Positions 9,539 to 18,308 of a DNA stretch of 64,000 nt are shown in pieces. The DNA comes from Candidatus Dojkabacteria bacterium. GTDB taxonomy: Bacteria > Patescibacteriota > Dojkabacteria > B142 > WJKM01. Positions within the stretch are counted from its first letter, which is position 1. Each line of letters opens with the position of its first letter. The translations under genes were made by a program, and so were the position numbers. The notes below the pieces were generated by a model. The model searched no databases, had not been told where the DNA came from, and saw nothing but the letters and a program-made list of their open reading frames with translations. The stretch is from positions 170,852 to 234,851 of the forward strand of contig WJKM01000011.1 of the NCBI GenBank assembly GCA_014729085.1, in the 5' to 3' direction.

Positions 9539-10858
9539 ATGGAACAAGAAAGCAAGGTTAAAGCTGGTGCTGGTCTTTTAGCATTAGGACTCCTAACAGC
9601 TCTAGGCGCTACAGGATGCGGAGGTAGTCCAGAAGCAGGTGGGTTTACTGAAGATAACCCAAATGATGATAATCCAACTATTTCACTTACTCAGGTTCCT
9701 GGTACAATACCAGAACCTCGAGATGACGATTTCATCGGACCTGTAGCAACTACGCCAGCTCCTGGAAACCTTCCATTCTACCCAGACTATGATGGTAATG
9801 GTTGGATTCACGTTAATGAAAATAGACAGGAATTTATGAATATGTTCGGAAATTATCTGCTTACACTTGGATTGCCCCCTGAAGATGCGATGGACATAAT
9901 GCAAAGTCTGAAAAGTTACGATCTCGACAATAATGATAGAGCTGATATTCTGGACATTTTTTATGATGAAAATAATCAATTCATACAACACGCAAATGCT
10001 TCGGAATTAATTGCTCCCTATAAAAATTTCGATGGAGATTTATATATTGATGGACATGATCCAGACGATGATGGAGATTTGATTCCGGATGACCAAGAAA
10101 TAGGTTCTCCATACGCTTGGGATACAGATAACGATGGTGCAGGAGATTACTTAGAAGCTAATACTGGAACTGATCCTAATGACCCAGAAAGCTATAATCC
10201 AGTTTATATAAACATGCCTTCTGAACTCAACTTATCTTCTTTTGAAATATTTACCTCTAACGTAGAGAATCCAGGAGAAGCGGATGTAATTTTTTTCCCA
10301 TTCCGACATGGAGATCAGCGAACTGCAAGAACTGCAGGAATGGAAACTGAACGTGAAATATCCCAGGATTTTCTAGAGACATATCATGGGCTTTATCCTG
10401 ATAAACCCTTAGTATTTTTGTTAGAAGGTATTCCTAGAGGTGAAGTTGTTCCTCCATCTAATAGAGATAGATTAACATTTAATTATCAGGCAGATGAAGA
10501 TACAGCTATAACTGCTGGGTGGGATGATAGGATTAGTAATGAAATGACTTTTCAAGTATTAGAGGAAAAAGCTGAATTACTTAACCCTTTATGGGAAGAA
10601 GGCTATGGAATCCTAGAAACAGAAGAAAGTACAGGTTCTCCCATCGTAGGAAGGTGGGTAGAGCTTAATCAAACTGAAGATTCACTTTCTGAAACAAGAA
10701 ATCAAAGCCTAGCAGATACTATCCAAGATTATATTGATCAAGGTTATACTGTTGTTGTAACAGCTGGTGAACTTCACTACACCGATGATGATGCACAGGT
10801 TGTAAGAGATTACGTTGAAAGCCAAAATCATATCGTATTTCATCAAAAAGATGAATAA
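9539..10858 (+). CDS. acidic MEQE-family predicted lipoprotein (TSP3-like repeats + Tiki/TraB/EreA-like domain)
   Basis: MEQESK...ATGC lipobox; DDDGDLIPD, DTDNDGAGD; RHGD, LLEG, RNQSL, AGELHY. Confidence 0.8.
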   Translation: MEQESKVKAGAGLLALGLLTALGATGCGGSPEAGGFTEDNPNDDNPTISLTQVPGTIPEPRDDDFIGPVATTPAPGNLPFYPDYDGNGWIHVNENRQEFMNMFGNYLLTLGLPPEDAMDIMQSLKSYDLDNNDRADILDIFYDENNQFIQHANASELIAPYKNFDGDLYIDGHDPDDDGDLIPDDQEIGSPYAWDTDNDGAGDYLEANTGTDPNDPESYNPVYINMPSELNLSSFEIFTSNVENPGEADVIFFPFRHGDQRTARTAGMETEREISQDFLETYHGLYPDKPLVFLLEGIPRGEVVPPSNRDRLTFNYQADEDTAITAGWDDRISNEMTFQVLEEKAELLNPLWEEGYGILETEESTGSPIVGRWVELNQTEDSLSETRNQSLADTIQDYIDQGYTVVVTAGELHYTDDDAQVVRDYVESQNHIVFHQKDE

Positions 10859-10890
10859 CAAAAACTAACAAGCGGAATTTTGTGGGGGGG

Positions 10891-12435
10891 TCACTCTCCA
10901 CCCCCAGCTGGGGGTAGTGGATCGTAATTGCTTGGTACAAAGCTTGATTTGGATTGAGGTGTCTTTTTATTTTGTTGAACCGTTTCTACAACTTCCTCTT
11001 TAGTCTCTTCTTCTTTTGATTTGGCCGTGTCCTTTTCTTCTTGCTCATCATCTTCTTTTGTGGTTATCTTCTCTTCAGTTTCTTTTTCTTCTTCTTTAAC
11101 TTTTGGTTCTATCATTTTGGTTACATATTTCATATCATCTTCGGTGACATCTTTTTCTTCATCGCTTTGTTGCTCTTTATCAGCTACAACTGTTTCGACC
11201 TGTTGAGTCTCTTTAATCGCTGTATCTTTTTCTACAACCTCAGCTTCTTCAGGCAACTCCCTATCCTTCGAGATAGCTGGAATCTTTTCCTTCTCAGATT
11301 TGATTACTTCTTTTTCTTGTTCAGTCTCCTTTTGTGTCTCTATTTCTCCTTCCGGCTCCATTTCCATTTTTTTAAAAAATTTTTCAAAAATAGCCCCTGC
11401 TCTTTGCTTCGACCAAAAATACACATAGTTCTTATCCCCAAGTCTATAAAATTCCTTAGTTAACTCCAACGCAGAATATTTATTGGATGAAACCTGCATA
11501 AATCCATGAATATTATCTTCCAACTTAACCATTACTACTGCAACATCGCATTCCTTGATCTTGGCAATTGGTATACGATCTTCATTGCTTAAGCTCCCTA
11601 CCACATCACTGGTAATATTTTCGTCGTCTACATATGCGAAACAGAAATTATCTTTTACTTTTAAGTTCTGGAAAACAGCGTTAAACCAGTAAACATGCTT
11701 TTTGGTCAATTTTTTATAAATTCTGCTATTTGCTGTATCTATATCTGCCTTGTCCTTATTGACAAGTAAATATAGGTTTTTTACTGTCTGTCTATTAGCG
11801 TTTATCTTTAAATTCTGGGTGTTAAAAAATATTCCAGTAAGTAAATGAGTTGCTTGTTCCTGACTTAGAGGAATATTTAACTGTCTCGAAAACATCTTGA
11901 CTAATTCAGATAACGAGCTGGAAGGAATAATATACTTTGAATCGGTGACAACACCAGAATCATAATAATGAACTAATTTTGTCTCGTCTGTTATTACTGA
12001 TTCTCCGAAGCTTTGTCTAAATTCATTTGAGTTTTCAAGCTGAGAAAACCCCAAAAGCAATATTTGGTCAAATTTAATCTTATCTCTTGAAAAGCTTATA
12101 GCCTGTTTGTTTAAATTTCCTGATTTGGTAGTTATAACCAACTTGAATTCATTTTCAGATTTTTGAATGTCAATATCTTCAATTTCCTTATCTGTTGGCA
12201 ACTTTGCGTAAAACCTTCTACTCTGGACCGAATTAACCATATTCAAACCTTCCGCAGGAAAATTCTTCTCAAACACCTCTTGGTATTTATCTAAGTTTGT
12301 TAAAATAGTTACATCTTTACCAACTTTATCCAATAATTGTGCTAAAACTATTGTGGAAGCTACTGAATCTGGATTTAATTGGTCAGGAGTAACTAAAAGT
12401 ATATTGTTGATATTTTTATCAATTATTTTATTCAT
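10891..12435 (-). CDS. degenerate DHH/NrnA-like protein with acidic C-terminal tail
   Basis: NPDSVAS, SSSLSELV, ATHLLTGIFFNT resemble DHH phosphoesterase blocks but no DHH triad; Glu/Lys-rich tail. Confidence 0.65.
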   Translation of the reverse strand: MNKIIDKNINNILLVTPDQLNPDSVASTIVLAQLLDKVGKDVTILTNLDKYQEVFEKNFPAEGLNMVNSVQSRRFYAKLPTDKEIEDIDIQKSENEFKLVITTKSGNLNKQAISFSRDKIKFDQILLLGFSQLENSNEFRQSFGESVITDETKLVHYYDSGVVTDSKYIIPSSSLSELVKMFSRQLNIPLSQEQATHLLTGIFFNTQNLKINANRQTVKNLYLLVNKDKADIDTANSRIYKKLTKKHVYWFNAVFQNLKVKDNFCFAYVDDENITSDVVGSLSNEDRIPIAKIKECDVAVVMVKLEDNIHGFMQVSSNKYSALELTKEFYRLGDKNYVYFWSKQRAGAIFEKFFKKMEMEPEGEIETQKETEQEKEVIKSEKEKIPAISKDRELPEEAEVVEKDTAIKETQQVETVVADKEQQSDEEKDVTEDDMKYVTKMIEPKVKEEEKETEEKITTKEDDEQEEKDTAKSKEEETKEEVVETVQQNKKTPQSKSSFVPSNYDPLPPAGGGE

Positions 12436-12570
12436 AAATAATAATTGACTATAAGATTAAATTGAAGTACAATTATTATATCACAAAAAACCGTTATTTC
12501 AAATGAAAAGAACAATTCCTAGGGTTTATTTTTTTCAACTATAATGTATTAACTAATATTCTATAATAAG

Positions 12571-13203
12571 ATGAATTTAAAAAAGTTAATTGTTTTAATA
12601 TTTCTTGGCCTTTTAGGTGTATTTATTATCTTTATTTTTATCATGCTTTTTACACTAGGCGGAAGTATTGTCCTTGGAAAAAGCTTAATTGAGGATAATC
12701 AATACTACAGATCTCCTCCCCTAGAATTTTCAAAAAGTGATAGCTTGACTGTACAATTAACAGCACAAGTAGATTCATCTAACGAATTCATACTTCATAT
12801 ACCAAAAATTGACCTTACAAAGAACGTCATCCCTAATGTGAACCCAATTAATGAGAGCATTTATATGGATGTTATTAAACAAGATGTAGCTCATGGAAAA
12901 TGGACACTCACCCCAAATGAAGTGGCTGAACAAAATTCAGGAATCACCTATATATTTGCTCACAGAGCTGGTGAATTTGCCATATTCGATCAAATCGATC
13001 AATTAAACAAAGGTGATCTAGTTGAAATTTTTTACCATGGTGATATTTATCTTTACCAAGTGGAGACCAAGCGTGTAGTCGAAAAATCCCATGTTCAAGA
13101 ATACACTTCAATATCTGACGAACCTCTTCTTCGTATCCAAACTTGCGAAAACGGTCAAAAACAAAGATTAATTATTGATTCACTTCTTGTTCAAGTTGTT
13201 TAA
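12571..13203 (+). CDS. sortase-family protein
   Basis: N-terminal TM, IPKI, IFAHR (His), IQTC (Cys), RLII (Arg). Confidence 0.85.
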   Translation: MNLKKLIVLIFLGLLGVFIIFIFIMLFTLGGSIVLGKSLIEDNQYYRSPPLEFSKSDSLTVQLTAQVDSSNEFILHIPKIDLTKNVIPNVNPINESIYMDVIKQDVAHGKWTLTPNEVAEQNSGITYIFAHRAGEFAIFDQIDQLNKGDLVEIFYHGDIYLYQVETKRVVEKSHVQEYTSISDEPLLRIQTCENGQKQRLIIDSLLVQVV

Positions 13204-13270
13204 ACGGCTTGCTTAATTCAAATATTCCTTTTTGTAACCTCCCCTATCTAAATATATGAACGAATCAATT

Positions 13271-13356
13271 GTGACGGATTGAGACAGGTGGTAACATTAT
13301 TTAGTTAGATCTTAGGAAAGTGTCTCAGCTTGTCACTAAGTGTTACTATCTGTCAT
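13271..13356. promoter_or_regulatory. 10-bp-phased inverted array of TGTYWC-like hexamers upstream of ECF sigma
   Basis: GTGACG/GAGACA/GTAACA at 13271/13281/13291 and TGTCTC/TGTCAC/TGTTAC/TGTCAT at 13321/13331/13341/13351. Confidence 0.6.
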
Positions 13357-13366
13357 CAAATTACAT

Positions 13367-13903
13367 GTGAATGAGAAGCAACTAATTAAAAAAGCGAAAA
13401 AAGGCAAGAAAGAAGCTTTGGAAAAGCTGTATAGCCAAAATTTTACCTCATTATTCAAGTATGTAAAATACAAGGTAGATTCTGATGAAATAACTGAAGA
13501 TATTTGTGCAGAAAGTTTTACACGTGCATTTGAAACTATTGAAAGATTTAGAGGTAAATCATCATTTAAAACTTATGTCTATGCAATAGCACGGAACTTA
13601 ATAATTAAACATTATCAAACAAAATCAAAAAAGTATTCCCTGACAGAAAGAGAGTATTTATTAAAAGACTATGATCAAAACGATCAAAACCAAACAAATA
13701 AAAAAAGTGATGCAGAAAAAGAAGTTGCGGAACTATTGTCCAATCTAAATGAAAAAGAACGAAAAGTAATTGAATACAGATATTTATTTAGTATGAGTGT
13801 AAAAGATACAGCCGATGCTTTAAACCTTAGTGAGTCAAATGTGAAAGTCATTACTCACCGTGCTTTAAAAAAGTGCAAGAAAATTGTATTTGAAAAGACT
13901 TAG
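13367..13903 (+). CDS. ECF RNA polymerase sigma factor (likely GTG start 13367; ORF track starts 13340)
   Basis: EDICAESFTRAF, FKTYVYAIARN (region 2), region 4 HTH SESNVKVITHRALKK. Confidence 0.92.
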   Translation: MNEKQLIKKAKKGKKEALEKLYSQNFTSLFKYVKYKVDSDEITEDICAESFTRAFETIERFRGKSSFKTYVYAIARNLIIKHYQTKSKKYSLTEREYLLKDYDQNDQNQTNKKSDAEKEVAELLSNLNEKERKVIEYRYLFSMSVKDTADALNLSESNVKVITHRALKKCKKIVFEKT

Positions 13904-15104
13904 TAAAATATTTAGAAAACCTAAAATTATGGATACAAACTTCAACGATACAATCAAAAAGTTTCAAAGATATTCTGAGGATCTTAGTCCTTCAAAACAA
14001 CAAGAACAAAGGGTTAGAAACGCGATCTTTTCTAATAATTTTGAAAATTCCAAAAAAGAAAGTACTTTATCTAAATTTTTAAATCTATTTTCTATGAAAA
14101 ATAAACACAAGGCTCTCTGGGGAGTTGCCGGACTTTTTGGACTATGTATATTCGTTTCCCTCCCCTTGATTTTTATGGGCAAAATGCAAATGACAAAGCA
14201 AAATGCCCTCCCCCCTTCACCTCCGGAAAGGATACATTCAGAATCGCAAAATGAGGTGATGGAAGATGAAATGACACAGGAGTATAAAAATAAAGAGACG
14301 CTGAATGAACCCGATTCTTCCGACTTTATAGAAATGGAAGAACAAGAATCTGTCTCGGGATACTATGGTACTGAAACTGACATAATGCCTGACTTTGATT
14401 ATGAGAGAGATGGAACTGATGTACCTGAAGATACCAAAACACCTATGTACGAAAGAGCTCAAAAAAGAGAGGCTTATATAGATATCACTGTTGATGACTT
14501 TAATAACCGCTATACAGAATTTACAGGGAAAATATCATCAATAGGCGGTTATATTCAAACTAGCGAAACTAACTCATATGAAGATTATAGTTACGGAAAC
14601 TTTACAATCCGCGTTCCGGTCGCAAAATTTGATGAAATGATGGATTTCCTCAGAAATTTGGGTGTTTCTATAAATAGTGAAAATATTACAATTACAGATA
14701 AACAAAACGAACTAACTCATGTCTCTAAAAAGATTGAGGATAATGAAGCCCAAATTAAAACCCTAAAAGATAAGGACTATCTTACAAACGAGGAGAAAGA
14801 AAAACTAGCTAGACTAGAAAGAGAGCTTGAATCTGACAAAAAAGAACAGAAGGAAATACTTGAAGAGACAGAATTCTCAACTATTAGTGTATACATGCGT
14901 ACAGAAGATATTAAAGAAGATGAATGGTCAATTTCCAATACTTTTAGTGAAGTCTTGAGGACTTTGGAATATATAGTACAATTCTGGATCAACGTTGCTT
15001 TATGGAGTCTGGTTCCTCTAGCCTTCTTCCTACCAGTAGTAATAGGAATTGTTTTACTTATTAAACTTCTTAAAAAAAAGAGAAGGAACACAAAGAAAAG
15101 TTAA
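13884..15104 (+). CDS. putative anti-sigma factor with DUF4349-like domain
   Basis: Overlaps sigma gene end; TM helix; GGYIQ...TIRVP..FD, coiled coil, EFSTISV, C-terminal TM; true start may be ATG 13929. Confidence 0.7.
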   Translation: MYLKRLSKIFRKPKIMDTNFNDTIKKFQRYSEDLSPSKQQEQRVRNAIFSNNFENSKKESTLSKFLNLFSMKNKHKALWGVAGLFGLCIFVSLPLIFMGKMQMTKQNALPPSPPERIHSESQNEVMEDEMTQEYKNKETLNEPDSSDFIEMEEQESVSGYYGTETDIMPDFDYERDGTDVPEDTKTPMYERAQKREAYIDITVDDFNNRYTEFTGKISSIGGYIQTSETNSYEDYSYGNFTIRVPVAKFDEMMDFLRNLGVSINSENITITDKQNELTHVSKKIEDNEAQIKTLKDKDYLTNEEKEKLARLERELESDKKEQKEILEETEFSTISVYMRTEDIKEDEWSISNTFSEVLRTLEYIVQFWINVALWSLVPLAFFLPVVIGIVLLIKLLKKKRRNTKKS

Positions 15105-15127
15105 AACTATAATACTACACTGTTTAC

Positions 15128-15155
15128 AAAAAGCGTCCAGTAAAGGGCGCTTTTT
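15128..15155 (+). terminator. rho-independent terminator
   Basis: AAAAAGCGTCC-AGTAAA-GGGCGCTTTTT. Confidence 0.8.
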
Positions 15156-15164
15156 GTATATCTA

Positions 15165-15194
15165 TTGACAAAATTATTTATATAGTAGTACAAT
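15165..15194 (+). promoter_or_regulatory. sigma70 promoter for 15227 gene
   Basis: TTGACA-N18-TACAAT. Confidence 0.6.
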
Positions 15195-15226
15195 ATTATA
15201 GGCTTAAACTATTATAAAATCTATAA

Positions 15227-15853
15227 ATGGAAATAATTTCAAGAGATACCCAAGAGAAAGTTAATTGGGGGAATACAGCTAAGAACCTATTAGCCTTAGC
15301 TGGTGGTCTTGGTCTAGCAGGCCTTGCAATAGACGGCCTTGACGGACACATTGATACAGTGGATATAACAAACTTTAGACACTACAAAGACACCGATGGC
15401 GATGGACTTTCCGATGAATTAGAAAACCAACTCGGAACTGATTTTCTAGATCCTGATACCAATAACGATGGGTTAACTGACTGGCAGAACTTAAATGATG
15501 GTGGAAATCCTTTTAACTACTATAAAGATGAAGTAAAGAATGAATTATCAGATGAAGATATGGATAATCTACCTAATATGGATGGAGATGATGACTGGGA
15601 TGGTATTGACGAGGATGTCGATGGAGACTTAATTGTTAACACACTTGAACTTCAAGATTGGGGAGAAGGTATGATGCTAGGAACAGATCCACTTAATCCA
15701 GATACCGATGGTGATGGATTAACTGACGGAGAGGAAGTTGAACCAGTAAATATAGAAGGTGGCTTATATACAGGTGTGAGACCTTATGATATGGATGGAG
15801 ATGCAGTAATCGGTCCAAGAGACCCAGGTGAACAAGAAAATCATAATCCTTAA
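15227..15853 (+). CDS. acidic membrane-anchored/secreted protein with TSP3-like Ca-binding repeats
   Basis: Hydrophobic Gly/Leu segment; DTDGDGLSDELE, DTNNDGLTD, DTDGDGLTDGEE. Confidence 0.8.
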   Translation: MEIISRDTQEKVNWGNTAKNLLALAGGLGLAGLAIDGLDGHIDTVDITNFRHYKDTDGDGLSDELENQLGTDFLDPDTNNDGLTDWQNLNDGGNPFNYYKDEVKNELSDEDMDNLPNMDGDDDWDGIDEDVDGDLIVNTLELQDWGEGMMLGTDPLNPDTDGDGLTDGEEVEPVNIEGGLYTGVRPYDMDGDAVIGPRDPGEQENHNP

Positions 15854-15875
15854 TCAAAATTTTAATAATCCATAT

Positions 15876-15903
15876 AAAAGCTCGGTCTTTCCGAGCTTTT
15901 TTT
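15876..15903 (+). terminator. rho-independent terminator
   Basis: AAAAGCTCGG-TCTTT-CCGAGCTTTTTTT. Confidence 0.85.
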
Positions 15904-15977
15904 GTATTTCAGTACAATGCGCCCTTTCACTCTTTTTTGTTAGACTTCAACTGATTTAATAAGATTATCTTTATTCT

Positions 15978-17498
15978 ATGTTGGCAAAAGTTTATACTGC
16001 TGCTTTAATAGGTCTGAATCCTCAAATAGTTGAAGTCGAAATTGATATACAAAAAGGACTGTTCAAATTCAATATTGTTGGATTAGGAGATAAAGCTGTT
16101 CAAGAATCAAAAGAAAGAGTGATCTCGGCAATTAAAAACTCAACCTGTGATTTTGTCTATAAAAAAATTACAGTTAATTTGGCTCCAGGAGGGCTTCCAA
16201 AGACTGGACCCACTTATGACTTTCCTATTGCAGTTGGTATCCTTTTAGCATCAAAACAGATTCATTTTAATCCTGATAAAAGTTTGTTACTGGGAGAACT
16301 ATCCCTTGAGGGAAATCTCAGAAATTTAAATGGTATATTATCTATCGCTGATGGTGCAAAAAATGAAGGTTTTGAAAATATATTTCTCCCCTACTCGAAT
16401 TCAAAGGAAGCAAATTTAATAAAAAATATTAAAGTGTTTCCCGTGAAAACATTAAGTCAGTTTATTACAAATTCATCATATAAGAACTCTTTCAAACCTT
16501 TAGAAAAAGAAGAGGTTAAAATAGTACCTGACAAAAATTATCTATATGACATGAAGCACGTACAAGGTCAAAAAGTTGCTAAACGTGCACTAGAAATTGC
16601 TGCAGCAGGTGCACATAATATCTTGTTGACTGGAACACCAGGTTCAGGAAAAACACTTCTTGCGAAAAGTATACCCTCCATATTACCTTCAATTACAATA
16701 ACTGAAAGTTTAGAAATCACCCGTATCTATAGTATTGCCGGCCTTGTATCACACAATAATCCACTAGTTAGAAAAAGACCTTTTCGAAATCCGCATCATA
16801 CAAGTTCTGATGTTGCATTAGTTGGAGGAGGAACTTTTCCCAAACCTGGTGAAATATCACTGGCCCATCGAGGGATTTTATTTCTGGATGAATTTCCTGA
16901 ATTTTCACGTTCTGCCTTAGAAGCACTACGCCAACCTATGGAAGATAATATTGTTACTATTTCAAGAGCCTTAGGAACTCTACAATTCCCTGCAAATTTC
17001 ATGCTTATTGCTGCTATGAATCCATGTAAGTGCGGTTGGAAAGGAGACCCAGATAGGGAGTGTACTTGTACTCAATCCGAATACTTTAAGTATCAAAGAA
17101 AAATCAGCGGACCGATTTTAGATCGAATAGACTTGCAAATATATGTCCCAAAAGTTAAATATAAAAACTTAATTTCAGACAAAGATTCAGAGTCATCAGA
17201 GAAGATTCGGCAAAGAGTGCAAAAAGCCCGTAATATTCAAATTAAGCGTTATAAAGCTCTCAATATCGTTGCAAATGCAGAACTAAGGCAGAAAGACTTG
17301 AAAAAGTTCATTACACTCGGTACAAGGTCAAAAGATTTGCTCTCAAATGCGCTTGAAAAGCTACATTTATCTGCTAGAAGTTACTTTAGGATATTAAGAC
17401 TCAGCAGAACTATTGCCGACTTGTATAATTCTTCGAAAGTTAAGCGAACGCATGTTGCTGAAGCCTTATCTTATCGTTTAACAAATGGAAATGTCTAA
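15978..17498 (+). CDS. comM: YifB/ComM Mg-chelatase-like AAA+ ATPase
   Basis: ITVNLAP, GTPGSGKT, PFRNPHH, GEISLAHRGILFLDE, AAMNPCKCG, ISGPILDRID. Confidence 0.93.
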   Translation: MLAKVYTAALIGLNPQIVEVEIDIQKGLFKFNIVGLGDKAVQESKERVISAIKNSTCDFVYKKITVNLAPGGLPKTGPTYDFPIAVGILLASKQIHFNPDKSLLLGELSLEGNLRNLNGILSIADGAKNEGFENIFLPYSNSKEANLIKNIKVFPVKTLSQFITNSSYKNSFKPLEKEEVKIVPDKNYLYDMKHVQGQKVAKRALEIAAAGAHNILLTGTPGSGKTLLAKSIPSILPSITITESLEITRIYSIAGLVSHNNPLVRKRPFRNPHHTSSDVALVGGGTFPKPGEISLAHRGILFLDEFPEFSRSALEALRQPMEDNIVTISRALGTLQFPANFMLIAAMNPCKCGWKGDPDRECTCTQSEYFKYQRKISGPILDRIDLQIYVPKVKYKNLISDKDSESSEKIRQRVQKARNIQIKRYKALNIVANAELRQKDLKKFITLGTRSKDLLSNALEKLHLSARSYFRILRLSRTIADLYNSSKVKRTHVAEALSYRLTNGNV

Positions 17499-17499
17499 G

Positions 17500-18099
17500 T
17501 TATTTATAAATCTCTGGATGCTCCCCTTCTCTTTTAATGTATTCCTCCAATTCAGTTGACCTCCAAAGGTTTTTCTCGGGATTTGGGACTTGGCTCACAA
17601 ATAACTTCCCATTTAGATGGTCAATTTCATGTTGAACAAGATGGGAAAAAAATCCCCTAGCTTCTATGGTTTTCTTAACCCCCTTCTCATCATAATATTC
17701 AACTTCTACATCCTCTGGCCTCCAAACTGGTCCATACAATGTATCCTCCTCTTTTTCACCTACTGACAAGCACCCCTCCCAAAATACTGATTTGTCTTTT
17801 GTTGAATTTATGATCTTAGGATTAATAAAGACTTTCCATAATTTATCTCGGGATAAATTAAAATCTTTCCCATGTTTTTTTCTACCCTCCTCTTCGAGAT
17901 CCATCCTTCTGCATACACAAATGCTTAACGATGCTCCTATCTGATTAGCCGACAAACCGGCAGATCTTTCTTCCTCTTCGACAGAAGTGTCTATCAAATC
18001 TTTTATAATACTTTTTACTTCATCACTATTGAAATCTTTTACAGGTTTTGTCTTCTCGTAGAGAAGAGGTTCTCCTATTTGATATATTTTGCGTATCAT
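17500..18099 (-). CDS. def: peptide deformylase
   Basis: GLSANQIG, EGCLS, QHEIDHL. Confidence 0.95.
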   Translation of the reverse strand: MIRKIYQIGEPLLYEKTKPVKDFNSDEVKSIIKDLIDTSVEEEERSAGLSANQIGASLSICVCRRMDLEEEGRKKHGKDFNLSRDKLWKVFINPKIINSTKDKSVFWEGCLSVGEKEEDTLYGPVWRPEDVEVEYYDEKGVKKTIEARGFFSHLVQHEIDHLNGKLFVSQVPNPEKNLWRSTELEEYIKREGEHPEIYK

Positions 18100-18257
18100 C
18101 TATAGCCTTTCAATTCAAAATTTGATATATTCACTTAATTATACCAAGAACATCAACCTTTTTATCTAAATAACCATATTAGAAATAAAATATAAATATG
18201 AAACTATCTTATATCTTTTCCAAATTCCAACAATATTAATAGTGAAAAATGAACCAC

Positions 18258-18273
18258 GTTTTCACGTGAAACC
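18258..18273. promoter_or_regulatory. candidate parS site
   Basis: GTTTTCACGTGAAACC, 13/16 match to TGTTTCACGTGAAACA, intergenic, ~24 kb from oriC. Confidence 0.5.
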
Positions 18274-18308
18274 GTTATGAGTTTATATTAGAAATTACAA
18301 ATTGTACA

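Noticed and set aside
9205-9561. C-rich tract and small ORFs 9239-9436 and 9286-9561
   Set aside because: No matching G-rich arm for a REP/MITE; the ORFs lack recognisable features.
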